A stretch of 63,541 nt of DNA, taken from positions 1 to 63,541 of IMG/VR virus record IMGVR_UViG_3300045391_003833. The stretch is one strand, 5' to 3'. The position numbers and the translations under genes are program-made. This document shows, in pieces, positions 1 to 8,140 of the stretch (the first letter of the stretch is position 1; each line of letters opens with the position of its first letter). Below the pieces are notes generated by a model. It ran no database searches and had not been told where the DNA came from. It saw only the letters and a list, made by a program, of their open reading frames with translations. Origin of the DNA: a virus.

Positions 1-69
1 GGCGTTCTGTGGTCGCTCAACAAAGAACTCATCAAATGGATGTGTCTGGGTATATTTTGGAAAACGATC
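1..69. repeat. Terminal overlap: bases 1-69 are identical to 63473-63541 (circular or terminally redundant genome, unit 63,472 bp)
   Basis: Direct comparison of the two window ends; the same 69-nt string ggcgttctgtggtcgctcaac...ggaaaacgatc is present at both. Confidence 0.95.
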
Positions 70-992
70 CTTTATTCGTACACCTTATGCTACCAATGGA
101 ATTTGAGGCAGAGAGAAAATGTCGCACCGTAACACTAAGCGGAAAGGTATGGGAAGATCCAAGGAATATTCCCGGGGAATTATTATGGCCAAACCGCATT
201 GGGGATAGTGCTCTAAAACGGTTAAAGAACGGGTTAGGCTCAGAATATAGGATAGCCGGTCAGTTACAACAGAGGCCTGCACCTGCTGAGGGAGGATTGA
301 TCAAGAAAGCCTGGTGGAAGCTTTGGAAGCATCCATCAGCTCCTAAGTACACTCAGATCATCCAAAGCTGGGATACTGCCCTTAATGCCAATGAGCTTGA
401 TGCTTACTCAGCATGTACGACATGGGGATTATTCAACGATGAAAACGGTATTCCAAACCTCATCTTGATCAATATGTGGCGAGGAAGAGTAGAATATCCA
501 GAACTTAGGAAACTTGCTAAGTTGTTCTATCAAGACTATCGCAATGGTGGGCCGGTAGAGATAAAGGGAAATGGCGATCACGTTCCAGACATTGTGATGG
601 TAGAGGAAAAAGCATCAGGATTTAGTTTGATTCAGGATTTCAGAAGAGCGGGTATTTCAGCTATGAAGTTCAATCCCACGCCTTATGGAGACAAGATAGC
701 CCGGGTTAAACTTTCAAGTTTTGTTATTGAGACTGGAAGAGTATGGTTGCCAGCAAAGGGACCAGACTTTATTACGTTGAAGGACTATGCTCATAACTTC
801 AGGGAACTTTGTTCAGTGTTTCCAAATTCTGAGGCAAGGGATGTCGTAGATAGTATGACTCAGGTTCTAATTAGGTTAATATACAGTGGACAGTTGAGAG
901 GTTCTGAGGATGATAATAGTAAGACGGGTTCTATTATTCCGAAGAATACAGGCTATCCTATAGAAAGGGGTGCTGTGGTTAACATGTTTTGA
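1..992 (+). CDS. terL: Terminase large subunit, C-terminal nuclease part (continues in frame from 62833..63472 across the junction)
   Basis: Frame of ORF 9..992 is continuous with the open frame at the window end through the 69-bp overlap. RNaseH-like nuclease motifs IIQSWDTA, MVEEKASG and DVVDSMTQ are present. Confidence 0.9.
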   Translation, partial: RSVVAQQRTHQMDVSGYILENDPLFVHLMLPMEFEAERKCRTVTLSGKVWEDPRNIPGELLWPNRIGDSALKRLKNGLGSEYRIAGQLQQRPAPAEGGLIKKAWWKLWKHPSAPKYTQIIQSWDTALNANELDAYSACTTWGLFNDENGIPNLILINMWRGRVEYPELRKLAKLFYQDYRNGGPVEIKGNGDHVPDIVMVEEKASGFSLIQDFRRAGISAMKFNPTPYGDKIARVKLSSFVIETGRVWLPAKGPDFITLKDYAHNFRELCSVFPNSEARDVVDSMTQVLIRLIYSGQLRGSEDDNSKTGSIIPKNTGYPIERGAVVNMF

Positions 993-1216
993 AGGGAGTA
1001 TTTATTTTGAACGAACTTGATTTAGATTTAGAAACATTAATTAAAAAAATACATCTAGAATTGGATGGAAGTATAAACCCTAAATATATAGAAAGAACTA
1101 CGTTTATTAAAGGCGTTTATGATCGCAGAAAAAGACGTGAAAGAATACGCAAGGCAGAGTATTACGACGCAGATTCAATCCCTGATTATAAACTACCTGA
1201 TTGGTATGACAAATGA
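989..1216 (+). CDS. hypothetical protein (75 aa)
   Basis: ORF track; ATGA-type overlap with terL stop; no motif recognised. Confidence 0.5.
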   Translation: MKGVFILNELDLDLETLIKKIHLELDGSINPKYIERTTFIKGVYDRRKRRERIRKAEYYDADSIPDYKLPDWYDK

Positions 1217-1497
1217 CAGAAGAAAATAACATCCTTACCTTAACACAAGGTGTTACTAAGTTCTTTATGGATTCTCAGATTGTAGCACTTAACAGCTTTC
1301 CTGAAGAAGAAGGTAGGGTGAATGTTTGCATCTATATATTGAAAGACCTAAAGAACTCATTATATATGCTATTGGTTAATTTCGCAGACAGATGGAGTTG
1401 GTCAAATTACAATCCTATAGATGTAATAGTAGAAGACTATGAAAAGCTCTTATTTAATGAGCGGATGGCTAGGAAAATAATTGAGAGGGTGCATTAA
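1213..1497 (+). CDS. hypothetical protein (94 aa)
   Basis: ORF track; start overlaps upstream stop; no motif recognised. Confidence 0.5.
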   Translation: MTEENNILTLTQGVTKFFMDSQIVALNSFPEEEGRVNVCIYILKDLKNSLYMLLVNFADRWSWSNYNPIDVIVEDYEKLLFNERMARKIIERVH

Positions 1498-1925
1498 TGA
1501 CTATTACCACATCACAATTGGTTGATTTATTAAGACCGGGTTGGAATGCGTATTGTGACGCTCTTCAGAATGATAAGAAATTTAGAGCAAAAGTATTGCG
1601 TGAGATAAGAAGAGATAAGAAAAGAGAGGCTTTGATAGAGGAAGCTATTAAGAGAGTTTCTGAAGAGGAAGGAGATGCTTTTGCGAAAGGGTTTGAGCAT
1701 TACAGAAGTATTATTCAAAAAGCTTTGGCAATTATTGACAAGGGTTACAGAAAAGATCCGGAACGTTTTTACATTGATGAAGAGCTGATGAAATGGGAAG
1801 GTCTTTATGACGATCCAATTATAAACTACGGGGATTGTCACATATTCTTAGATAAACATCAGTTTAGGTTATTTTACTTAATAGCGGTTGCTAAGGGATA
1901 TATTAAGCCTAAAAAAAGTACTTGA
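1497..1925 (+). CDS. hypothetical protein (142 aa)
   Basis: ORF track; coupled to upstream ORF; its TGA stop lies inside the TTGACA of the next promoter. Confidence 0.55.
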   Translation: MTITTSQLVDLLRPGWNAYCDALQNDKKFRAKVLREIRRDKKREALIEEAIKRVSEEEGDAFAKGFEHYRSIIQKALAIIDKGYRKDPERFYIDEELMKWEGLYDDPIINYGDCHIFLDKHQFRLFYLIAVAKGYIKPKKST

Positions 1926-1950
1926 CAACGTATGTACATATGTTATTATT
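1922..1950 (+). promoter_or_regulatory. Sigma70-type phage promoter P1 (TTGACA-17-ATTATT) with ACGTATGTA spacer element
   Basis: TTGACA 1922-1927, 17-bp spacer acgtatgtacatatgtt, ATTATT 1945-1950. About 25 nt are identical to the promoter at 49195. Confidence 0.7.
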
Positions 1951-1951
1951 C

Positions 1952-2487
1952 GATAGCTGTCTATCCAAGCTCCCTGAGTTTGACCAATTGAAAGCGATTC
2001 TCCTTGCTAAGTAGATACTCTCATAGTAATGGATAGACAGCTACATCAAATGTGATTCTTTGTTTGGGTTGTCCCGCATGTTTTGGGTTCAGGCACACCC
2101 GCTGTGATTCTGGATGAGGGATCACATCTGATGTGATTATTTGTCGGAAGTAAAGTCCTGCCTCATACCAGGGGAATGCAGGTGAAAATCCTGTCTGTTG
2201 TGCTCCTTACACTTCGACAGTAACTTAATACGATGAATAAGGCGGTGAAGTAGTCGTACGCCGATAAGTAGTCACATCAAATGTCCAATCCATGGAATGG
2301 AAGGCCGTCGTAAATAGCTTGATGGCATCAAGCTGCTATTGTATGTGGATACTGTGCTGTCTCCACGTTTGATCAACTGACGCCTCCAGGTGTGTGCACG
2401 CATCGGTAAGCTGAAATAAATGTATGTGCGCTATCAGCATTTATGGTTCCATGGGGTTGGATATTTTACTTTTATAGGAGATAGGGA
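1952..2487 (+). ncRNA. Candidate large structured non-coding RNA or long structured leader (about 530 nt), class unknown
   Basis: No ORF of 60 aa or more in any frame. Lies immediately downstream of P1. Visibly more G+C-rich than its flanks. Contains a 14-bp perfect long-range helix (1954-1967/2030-2043) plus several other helices and repeated motifs. Confidence 0.4.
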
Positions 2488-2895
2488 ATGTCGGATATGA
2501 TTAGTTTATTAAGGCCAGCTTTTGATAAATACGACAGAGAATGGTTTAGGTCAAAGCTAGAGGTGCCTTATAAGGGAGAAAAGTTTGATGAAGAATTTCA
2601 GTGTAGAGGTCCAGATTTTAAGGTAAAAAAAGGGAAGTGGTTTCATTTTATCAATCCAGTTCCATATTATATTGTTTATCCTAAACTTTCAAAGTATCCT
2701 GACTGTATTAAAAGAGAGATGGAGGACTTTATCGAGCAGTGTGTAGAGAGACTAAATAAAAAGATTAAGAGACGTAAATATAATGGGGCGTTTGTTAGGG
2801 ATTTTAAGATAGATATAGCTGGTGACTATTTAAGTGGCGATTTAATGATTGGTGTATACTTTAGGGTCAGCGTTGGAAGGGTAGAGGAAAAATAG
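2488..2895 (+). CDS. hypothetical protein (135 aa), first gene of the RNA ligase operon
   Basis: ORF track; SD ataggagatagggaATG; no motif recognised. Confidence 0.6.
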   Translation: MSDMISLLRPAFDKYDREWFRSKLEVPYKGEKFDEEFQCRGPDFKVKKGKWFHFINPVPYYIVYPKLSKYPDCIKREMEDFIEQCVERLNKKIKRRKYNGAFVRDFKIDIAGDYLSGDLMIGVYFRVSVGRVEEK

Positions 2896-2899
2896 GTTT

Positions 2900-3424
2900 A
2901 TGCTAGAAAAGTATTGGGAGCCGGCAAAATATGAAAAAGCCATTTATGATAAATGGGAAAGATCTGGATGTTTTGATGCTAAGATAGAAACGCCCATAGA
3001 AGACATAGGCGACTTAAAAAGACAAAGGCAAATATTAAAAGAAAAGATTTCTCAGGTAGAAAAGTTTGTTAAAGATACATTTACTGATGAGTACGTTCTT
3101 TTAAGATTATCTTTTAAGAATGAGGTTGGTGACCATGCCATGATGCATCAGGTTTTTACAAAAAATAAAGTATCGTATCGTTTTTTTTATGATGAATTAA
3201 ATGACATTAACAATATATGCGCTATAATTAGCGATATAGTGGAAAAGGAGATTGAACGAGTAAATTTATTTGTTAAGAATAATGTTTTTAGTAAGGTTCG
3301 AGTTAATGGTATTTTTTTTGATATTTGGGACGAGTTTCCAAATGGTTTTACTCCTACAATTTGTTTTGAGTTTGGTTATACATTGGCTAGAAAAAATGAT
3401 GATAGGACTATATGGGGTAAATAA
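2900..3424 (+). CDS. hypothetical protein (174 aa) whose first ~27 residues resemble a class Ia aminoacyl-tRNA synthetase (ValRS/LeuRS) N-terminus
   Basis: LEKYWEPAKYEKAIYDKWERSGCFDA compared with remembered E. coli ValRS [26 protein letters not shown]. No HIGH motif follows. Confidence 0.55.
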   Translation: MLEKYWEPAKYEKAIYDKWERSGCFDAKIETPIEDIGDLKRQRQILKEKISQVEKFVKDTFTDEYVLLRLSFKNEVGDHAMMHQVFTKNKVSYRFFYDELNDINNICAIISDIVEKEIERVNLFVKNNVFSKVRVNGIFFDIWDEFPNGFTPTICFEFGYTLARKNDDRTIWGK

Positions 3425-3427
3425 GTT

Positions 3428-4603
3428 ATGTTAGGTTGTGGTTTGTATGGAATGTTAGAACATTACGTTGATAAAGGTCTCGTACGTAAGTGTGAGATGG
3501 ATAACCTAGTTTTGTATAAGTACACAGAAAAATGTGTGTACTGTAAAGGATGGTACAAAGAAACTAGACTTGCAAGGGGTCTTATCCTTAACAAGGATAC
3601 TGGTGAGATAGTGGCTCATCCTTTCCCGAAGTTCTTTAATCTTAATGAGATGCCGGAGAGTAGTTATAACGAGATAATAAAGCATAAGGAATATGAAGTT
3701 TACGATAAGCTAGATGGAAGTCTTGGAATAAGCTATTTACATAATGGGATAGTAAAGATTGCCACTGTTGGTAGTTTTGTGAGCGAGCAGGCTGTTGAAG
3801 CAACAGATATATTGCTTGAATTGTATCAAGGAGCTGCTAGGGCAATAGAGAAGTATGACGGTATTACTTTTCTTTTTGAAATAATTTACCCTTCAAATAA
3901 GATAGTGTGTGATTATAAGGGAAAAAGGGAGTTAGTGTTATTAGCTGCTTTTAGATATAAAAGTGCTTTTGATTTGGATATTGGATATGAATTTCCCCGC
4001 GAATGGTTATATCGTTTTTCCGAGACATATGGAATACCAATTGTAGAAAAACTAAATTACACAATAGATGAGATGATAGCTTTACAGAAAACTCTCCCTA
4101 AAGACAAAGAGGGTTTTGTAGTAAGGTTCCCAAATGGTCTTAGGGTTAAGTTTAAAGGTGAGGAGTACTTGCGGATTCATAAGCTTGCTACTGAGTGTTC
4201 TCCTTTATCTGTGTGGGAGAATATGAAGTATGGGAAGGTTCCTTTAGAGGTAACTATGAATATTCCCGAGGAATATTTGGAAGAGTTTAAAGAGATAGAG
4301 AAACAATTGATATCTCAATATTGGACAGTATATGGAGAGGTGACAGAGGAATTTATTCGTAACTTTTCGGAATATTATAGATCTAATGCTGAATGGGAAG
4401 GAGATAGATTAGTATTTAACTATACTCCTACGCCTGAGGAGCGAAAAGAAGTGGGTTTAAAAATAAAGAATAATCCTGATAAGTTTAAACATGCTTCTTG
4501 TATGTTTCCTTTAATTCTGGATAAAGTAGAGTCAGTAGATAAGTACGTAATGGATTATATTAGGCCAAAGGCAAATAAACTTGATGGGTTAGATGTGGAG
4601 TAA
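3428..4603 (+). CDS. RNA ligase, T4 Rnl1-like (tRNA repair-type ATP-dependent ligase)
   Basis: KxDG motif I (VYDKLDGSLG), FLFEIIYP, EGFVVRF and VKFKGEEY motifs. PFPKFFNLNE and GSFVSEQA match remembered T4 Rnl1 PMEKFFNLNE and GSIKSEQA. Length of 391 aa is similar to T4 Rnl1. Confidence 0.8.
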   Translation: MLGCGLYGMLEHYVDKGLVRKCEMDNLVLYKYTEKCVYCKGWYKETRLARGLILNKDTGEIVAHPFPKFFNLNEMPESSYNEIIKHKEYEVYDKLDGSLGISYLHNGIVKIATVGSFVSEQAVEATDILLELYQGAARAIEKYDGITFLFEIIYPSNKIVCDYKGKRELVLLAAFRYKSAFDLDIGYEFPREWLYRFSETYGIPIVEKLNYTIDEMIALQKTLPKDKEGFVVRFPNGLRVKFKGEEYLRIHKLATECSPLSVWENMKYGKVPLEVTMNIPEEYLEEFKEIEKQLISQYWTVYGEVTEEFIRNFSEYYRSNAEWEGDRLVFNYTPTPEERKEVGLKIKNNPDKFKHASCMFPLILDKVESVDKYVMDYIRPKANKLDGLDVE

Positions 4604-4608
4604 ATGCT

Positions 4609-4824
4609 ATGAAGGTTAGTGTAGAGACAAAGGTTACGATTGAGGTTATGGAACGTAGTATGATGCCTTGGTTAGAGGCTTCTAAGGTTATGGCTAAGAT
4701 TATGAAGAAAAAGAATGATGACATTATGAAGACTAAAGAGATAATGAAGGCTTTTAAGGATGCTGGGTTAGTAGATATGGAAGAAGCTGAAAAGCGTTCA
4801 AAGGGTTGTTGTGTAATTTTATAG
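4609..4824 (+). CDS. hypothetical protein (71 aa)
   Basis: ORF track; co-oriented tight tiling. Confidence 0.5.
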   Translation: MKVSVETKVTIEVMERSMMPWLEASKVMAKIMKKKNDDIMKTKEIMKAFKDAGLVDMEEAEKRSKGCCVIL

Positions 4825-4834
4825 GAGCGATGGT

Positions 4835-5650
4835 ATGAATTTTCAAGAAATTTGGATGTGTGTTAAGTATCCGCTTGCTTTTAGCTTTGTAGCTATAGTT
4901 AGTGTTTTGACCTTTGCAAAGTTGAGACGTGATGCCAAGGATGCTGAGGAAATGCAAAAAGAGATTGAAAAAGATCCTCTTTTTAAAAAGTCTGTAGTTA
5001 AATCAGGTAAATGCACTACCTTTTCTGATCTTAAAGTAACTCCTCCTGAAGGTGTAACTTATAAATGGTGTAGGTTGTACAGAGGTGGTGAGTCTTATGG
5101 GGGTGGGGTTTGCTTAGATGAGAATCGGATTAAGAAGGTTATTGGGGATGGTTATTATCCTGTGCCTTATGAGAGACATCAGGATGTGACTGAGACATTG
5201 GACCCTAAGAAGCTTTCGATACAGTTGGATGGATTTATCTTGGTTCAAGATAAACCATTGGTTGGGATAGAGGATAAGGATGATAGTTTGACAAAGGTTA
5301 TAGAAGGAGAAGTAGGAGCATATTTGACCACAAAAGAAGTAATGGATAATGTGGCCGATCACAGCGCTAGAATGAATGCAGCTCTTTTAAGTGGCCTTGT
5401 AGAAAAAAAGAACATACTAGAAGGAGAGGTATTGCCACCAGAGCAAGAGGAATTAAACCCTGTTGTGGAGGGATGTAAACAATATTGGAAAGAATGCAAA
5501 GAAAAAAACAAAACCATAGACGTTGTTCCTGAAAAGGCTCCTGATTACAAGAAGATGATAGAAGAGTCTATAGAGAATAAGGATGCGCATATTCATATTG
5601 AGGGTGCGCATGATGGGATGCAGTTTAAGTTAGACATAAAGAGCGAGTAG
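4835..5650 (+). CDS. hypothetical membrane-anchored protein (271 aa)
   Basis: ORF track; N-terminal hydrophobic helix YPLAFSFVAIVSVLTFAKL. Confidence 0.55.
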   Translation: MNFQEIWMCVKYPLAFSFVAIVSVLTFAKLRRDAKDAEEMQKEIEKDPLFKKSVVKSGKCTTFSDLKVTPPEGVTYKWCRLYRGGESYGGGVCLDENRIKKVIGDGYYPVPYERHQDVTETLDPKKLSIQLDGFILVQDKPLVGIEDKDDSLTKVIEGEVGAYLTTKEVMDNVADHSARMNAALLSGLVEKKNILEGEVLPPEQEELNPVVEGCKQYWKECKEKNKTIDVVPEKAPDYKKMIEESIENKDAHIHIEGAHDGMQFKLDIKSE

Positions 5651-5660
5651 GGGGAAAGTA

Positions 5661-5963
5661 ATGTTAATTGATCTTATTTCAAATATCTTTTCAAAGAAAG
5701 ACGGCTCCGAATACAAGGTGGAAATAACAAAGAAGTTAGCATCAGATTGTACAGACGGCCAAGACAAAGAGATATTACGGTTAACCAAAGACGTTATGGA
5801 GTTGATGACTAAAGTTAAATATAGCACTGGCTGTTCAGCTTTGGCGAATGTGACTTATTTTATATTGAAAGGTATTGACGATAAAGGTTTTAGGGATTTT
5901 AATTGTATGGTGATTCGAGAAACTATAAATAAGATAATTGATGAAATAGAAAGGATGGGTTAA
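5661..5963 (+). CDS. hypothetical protein (100 aa)
   Basis: ORF track; SD gggggaaagtaATG. Confidence 0.5.
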   Translation: MLIDLISNIFSKKDGSEYKVEITKKLASDCTDGQDKEILRLTKDVMELMTKVKYSTGCSALANVTYFILKGIDDKGFRDFNCMVIRETINKIIDEIERMG

Positions 5964-6019
5964 ATCGAAATGAAAAAATGATATACTCACTCAATTAACC
6001 CAACGGAAGGGAGAAGAGT

Positions 6020-6733
6020 ATGTTAACCTTTATAAAAGTCGTATTTATAACTTTATTTCTGATATATCCATTTTCGGTCAAAGGAAATGAATTCTTATTC
6101 GAAAACCTACGTCCATACTTTGGCTTAGATGTCCAAATCCGGTCCATGAAGTACATGGAAGGCATGGGGGATAACCTATTTAAGCCAAAATCTCCTCAAG
6201 GCAACATCTATGCAGGTCTTAGGCTTAACGATTACGTTGGGATAGAGGCAGGCTATGAAACTACTCCTATGAGGACTAGAGGAGTGGAAATACAAGCTGG
6301 AGAACGCTCTCTTGGTCTATCTCCCATGCTACCACCTGAAAAACATCTTACCAAGTCCAAGATCAAAGGCTGGCATGGGGCAATTATTGGGTTTTTCCCA
6401 ATAGTTGATCGGGCAGACGGTAAGCTAGAGGCTATGGGCTACATTGGAACGATAAGGCTGAAGGTGTTTAACCAAGACATATTGTTTGCGAACAAAAGTG
6501 GTCCTTTGAATATTCTAACAACCAGTCGAACGTTTGTTTCAAGGAAGTCTCTCTTAAAACTAGGAGCTGGTTTTCAATATACCGTGAACCATACCGGTTT
6601 TCGATTTATGCTTGGATATGAAAACAGCAAACGGTTTAACCGAATGGCTCCAAACGAGAATGCAAAGAGCCAGAAAAGACTGGGGATAAAGAACTCGTTC
6701 CTGATGGGGATTGGATTTTTTGTTGTGATTTAA
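6020..6733 (+). CDS. Outer-membrane beta-barrel protein (OMP_b-brl/OmpA-like barrel), signal peptide; moron cargo
   Basis: N-terminal signal sequence MLTFIKVVFITLFLIYPFSVKG. Alternating beta-strand pattern. Paralogous to 7562..8107 (YFGLDVQIRSM / YGGLELQVRDM; GIEAGYE / SLEAGAN). Confidence 0.65.
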   Translation: MLTFIKVVFITLFLIYPFSVKGNEFLFENLRPYFGLDVQIRSMKYMEGMGDNLFKPKSPQGNIYAGLRLNDYVGIEAGYETTPMRTRGVEIQAGERSLGLSPMLPPEKHLTKSKIKGWHGAIIGFFPIVDRADGKLEAMGYIGTIRLKVFNQDILFANKSGPLNILTTSRTFVSRKSLLKLGAGFQYTVNHTGFRFMLGYENSKRFNRMAPNENAKSQKRLGIKNSFLMGIGFFVVI

Positions 6734-6739
6734 ACAATC

Positions 6740-7501
6740 CTACATGTTAGCCGGGCCGTTCATTCTGTCTTTTTCAGCCGCTATAGCAGCTTGATAGCCA
6801 GCGTTGTAGCCTAACTTATAGGTGTTGTCAACCGAAACAGCATGACTAGCAATTATTCTCTGGGAATATTCTAGAGAACTTCTTGTCTTGGCATGATCTT
6901 GTTGCTCAGCTATCAATGCAGCTTGAGTAGCCTCATGTAAGACTTTCTCGTTAATCATGGCGGCTTTTGTTTCTAGTCTTAATTTTATCTCAGATGCAAT
7001 CTCCGCATCTCTCTTAGAAATATCAGCTTTCGCTTTAGATTCTTGCTCTAAAATTTGCTGCTCATATAGCTTCTTTTGAGCAGATAGCTCGCTCTCATAC
7101 TTTCTTGATAAATCTGCTGTGATTTTGGCGATCGCATCTTGCATATCTTTTACATGTCGTTCGTGCTGTGCCTTTAGCTCATCAGCATGATTTTTCCTAA
7201 GCATCAAAAGCTCATCAGAATTAACCTTGTCTGTGACAGTCTTTATCTCAACATCAAGCTTGTCCGGAGGGGTAGCTGGAGAAACATTTCCAGACGAAGG
7301 AGGTGGCAATATTATTTCTGGTGGAGTATGTACACCCTTCTTATTTGGAGAAGCCGTCTTAGAATTAGGCATAGACCATATTTCAGGGGTTAAAAGATTT
7401 GCAGCGGTAGGGGACTGAGGAGATGAATGCGCCGAACCAGCTCCATCTACTACAACATATCCAGATTGAGAGTTTTGCATCTCAGATGAACTTTTTGACA
7501 T
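6740..7501 (-). CDS. Pro/Ser-rich N-terminus plus long coiled-coil protein (about 253 aa); possible host-interaction cargo
   Basis: ORF track, trimmed to the Met of MSKSSSEMQ. Low-complexity SP/TP/PPP region followed by heptad-like charged helices. Confidence 0.5.
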   Translation of the reverse strand: MSKSSSEMQNSQSGYVVVDGAGSAHSSPQSPTAANLLTPEIWSMPNSKTASPNKKGVHTPPEIILPPPSSGNVSPATPPDKLDVEIKTVTDKVNSDELLMLRKNHADELKAQHERHVKDMQDAIAKITADLSRKYESELSAQKKLYEQQILEQESKAKADISKRDAEIASEIKLRLETKAAMINEKVLHEATQAALIAEQQDHAKTRSSLEYSQRIIASHAVSVDNTYKLGYNAGYQAAIAAEKDRMNGPANM

Positions 7502-7525
7502 TGCGTGCTCCCTGCACTTAAGAAT

Positions 7526-7552
7526 CAACCGGTGACAATTTGTCACCGGTTG
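7526..7552. other. Perfect 13-bp inverted repeat CAACCGGTGACAA-T-TTGTCACCGGTTG between the two minus-strand cargo genes
   Basis: Read directly. Sits between the stop of 7562..8107 and the start of 6740..7501. No strong T-run follows. Confidence 0.6.
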
Positions 7553-7561
7553 AAATTTCCA

Positions 7562-8107
7562 TTAGAAAGTCTTGATAACTCCAAGGCTATAAGAGGTACT
7601 ATCTTTCGACCGTACAAAGCTGTCTTTCAGCTTCTTGGTCTTTTCATGGGCTACAGAGGCTCTAATATCTAATCCATCTAAAATGGAGTATTGCAAGCCA
7701 ACCAATCCCCTAGGAACGACCTTCTTTAGCTTACTCTGCTTAAGTTTAGCTGCATTATGATAGGTTGCGCTTACTCTAGCAGCTCCAAGCCCACCCAATA
7801 ATGTGACCTTGTTACTTAATGGATAATGCCCAATAGCACCTAAATGCACAGCATTTGACTTGTGAAAGTTTTTGCTTTTGTGAGTAAACCTGCAAATGTT
7901 AGCCCCAGCTTCTAAACTAACGTTCTCATGTACTTTAACACCAGCTAAAATATTAGGCTGTAAGGCAGCAGGTGAAAAAACACCAATATTACCGTCTCTT
8001 ACTCCCATATCACGGACTTGAAGCTCTAATCCGCCATAAATAGATGGGTCGTTTGCTTTAGCCCCAAAAGGCAAAATCAATAAAAGAATTGCTACTAATC
8101 GTTTCAT
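7562..8107 (-). CDS. Outer-membrane beta-barrel protein (8-strand OmpA/OmpW-like size), signal peptide, C-terminal Phe
   Basis: Signal peptide MKRLVAILLLILPFGAKA. Ends in GVIKTF, an OMP C-terminal signature. SD GGGAG lies upstream. Confidence 0.7.
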   Translation of the reverse strand: MKRLVAILLLILPFGAKANDPSIYGGLELQVRDMGVRDGNIGVFSPAALQPNILAGVKVHENVSLEAGANICRFTHKSKNFHKSNAVHLGAIGHYPLSNKVTLLGGLGAARVSATYHNAAKLKQSKLKKVVPRGLVGLQYSILDGLDIRASVAHEKTKKLKDSFVRSKDSTSYSLGVIKTF

Positions 8108-8140
8108 GTAAAAAACTCCCTATAAGTTTAAGTTCTGACT

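Noticed and set aside
2095-2130. Resemblance of cccGCUGUGAUUCUGGAUGAGGGAU to the conserved tmRNA 5' end GGGGCUGAUUCUGGAUUCGACGGGAU
   Set aside because: There is no tRNA-like 3' end (T arm plus matching acceptor strand plus CCA) downstream, and no plausible tag reading frame ending in an ALAA-type sequence.
2140-2240. Local resemblance of the non-coding region to RNase P RNA (cGGAAGuAAAGUCCUGCCUCAUA and CGACAGUAAC versus M1 RNA GGAAAGUCCGGGCUCCAUA and CGACAGAAC)
   Set aside because: The AAAGUCC-like segment pairs locally (CCUGC/GCAGG) rather than with a distant P4 partner. No GGGUGAAA module or overall P1-P18 layout can be traced, so the resemblance is most likely chance.
1952-2487. CsrB/RsmZ-type sponge RNA for the phage CsrA
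   Set aside because: I count only about 11-12 GGA triplets in ~540 nt, close to random expectation (about 8). Few are in hairpin loops. Real sponges have about one GGA per 15-20 nt. It is kept only as something to test, not as a claim.
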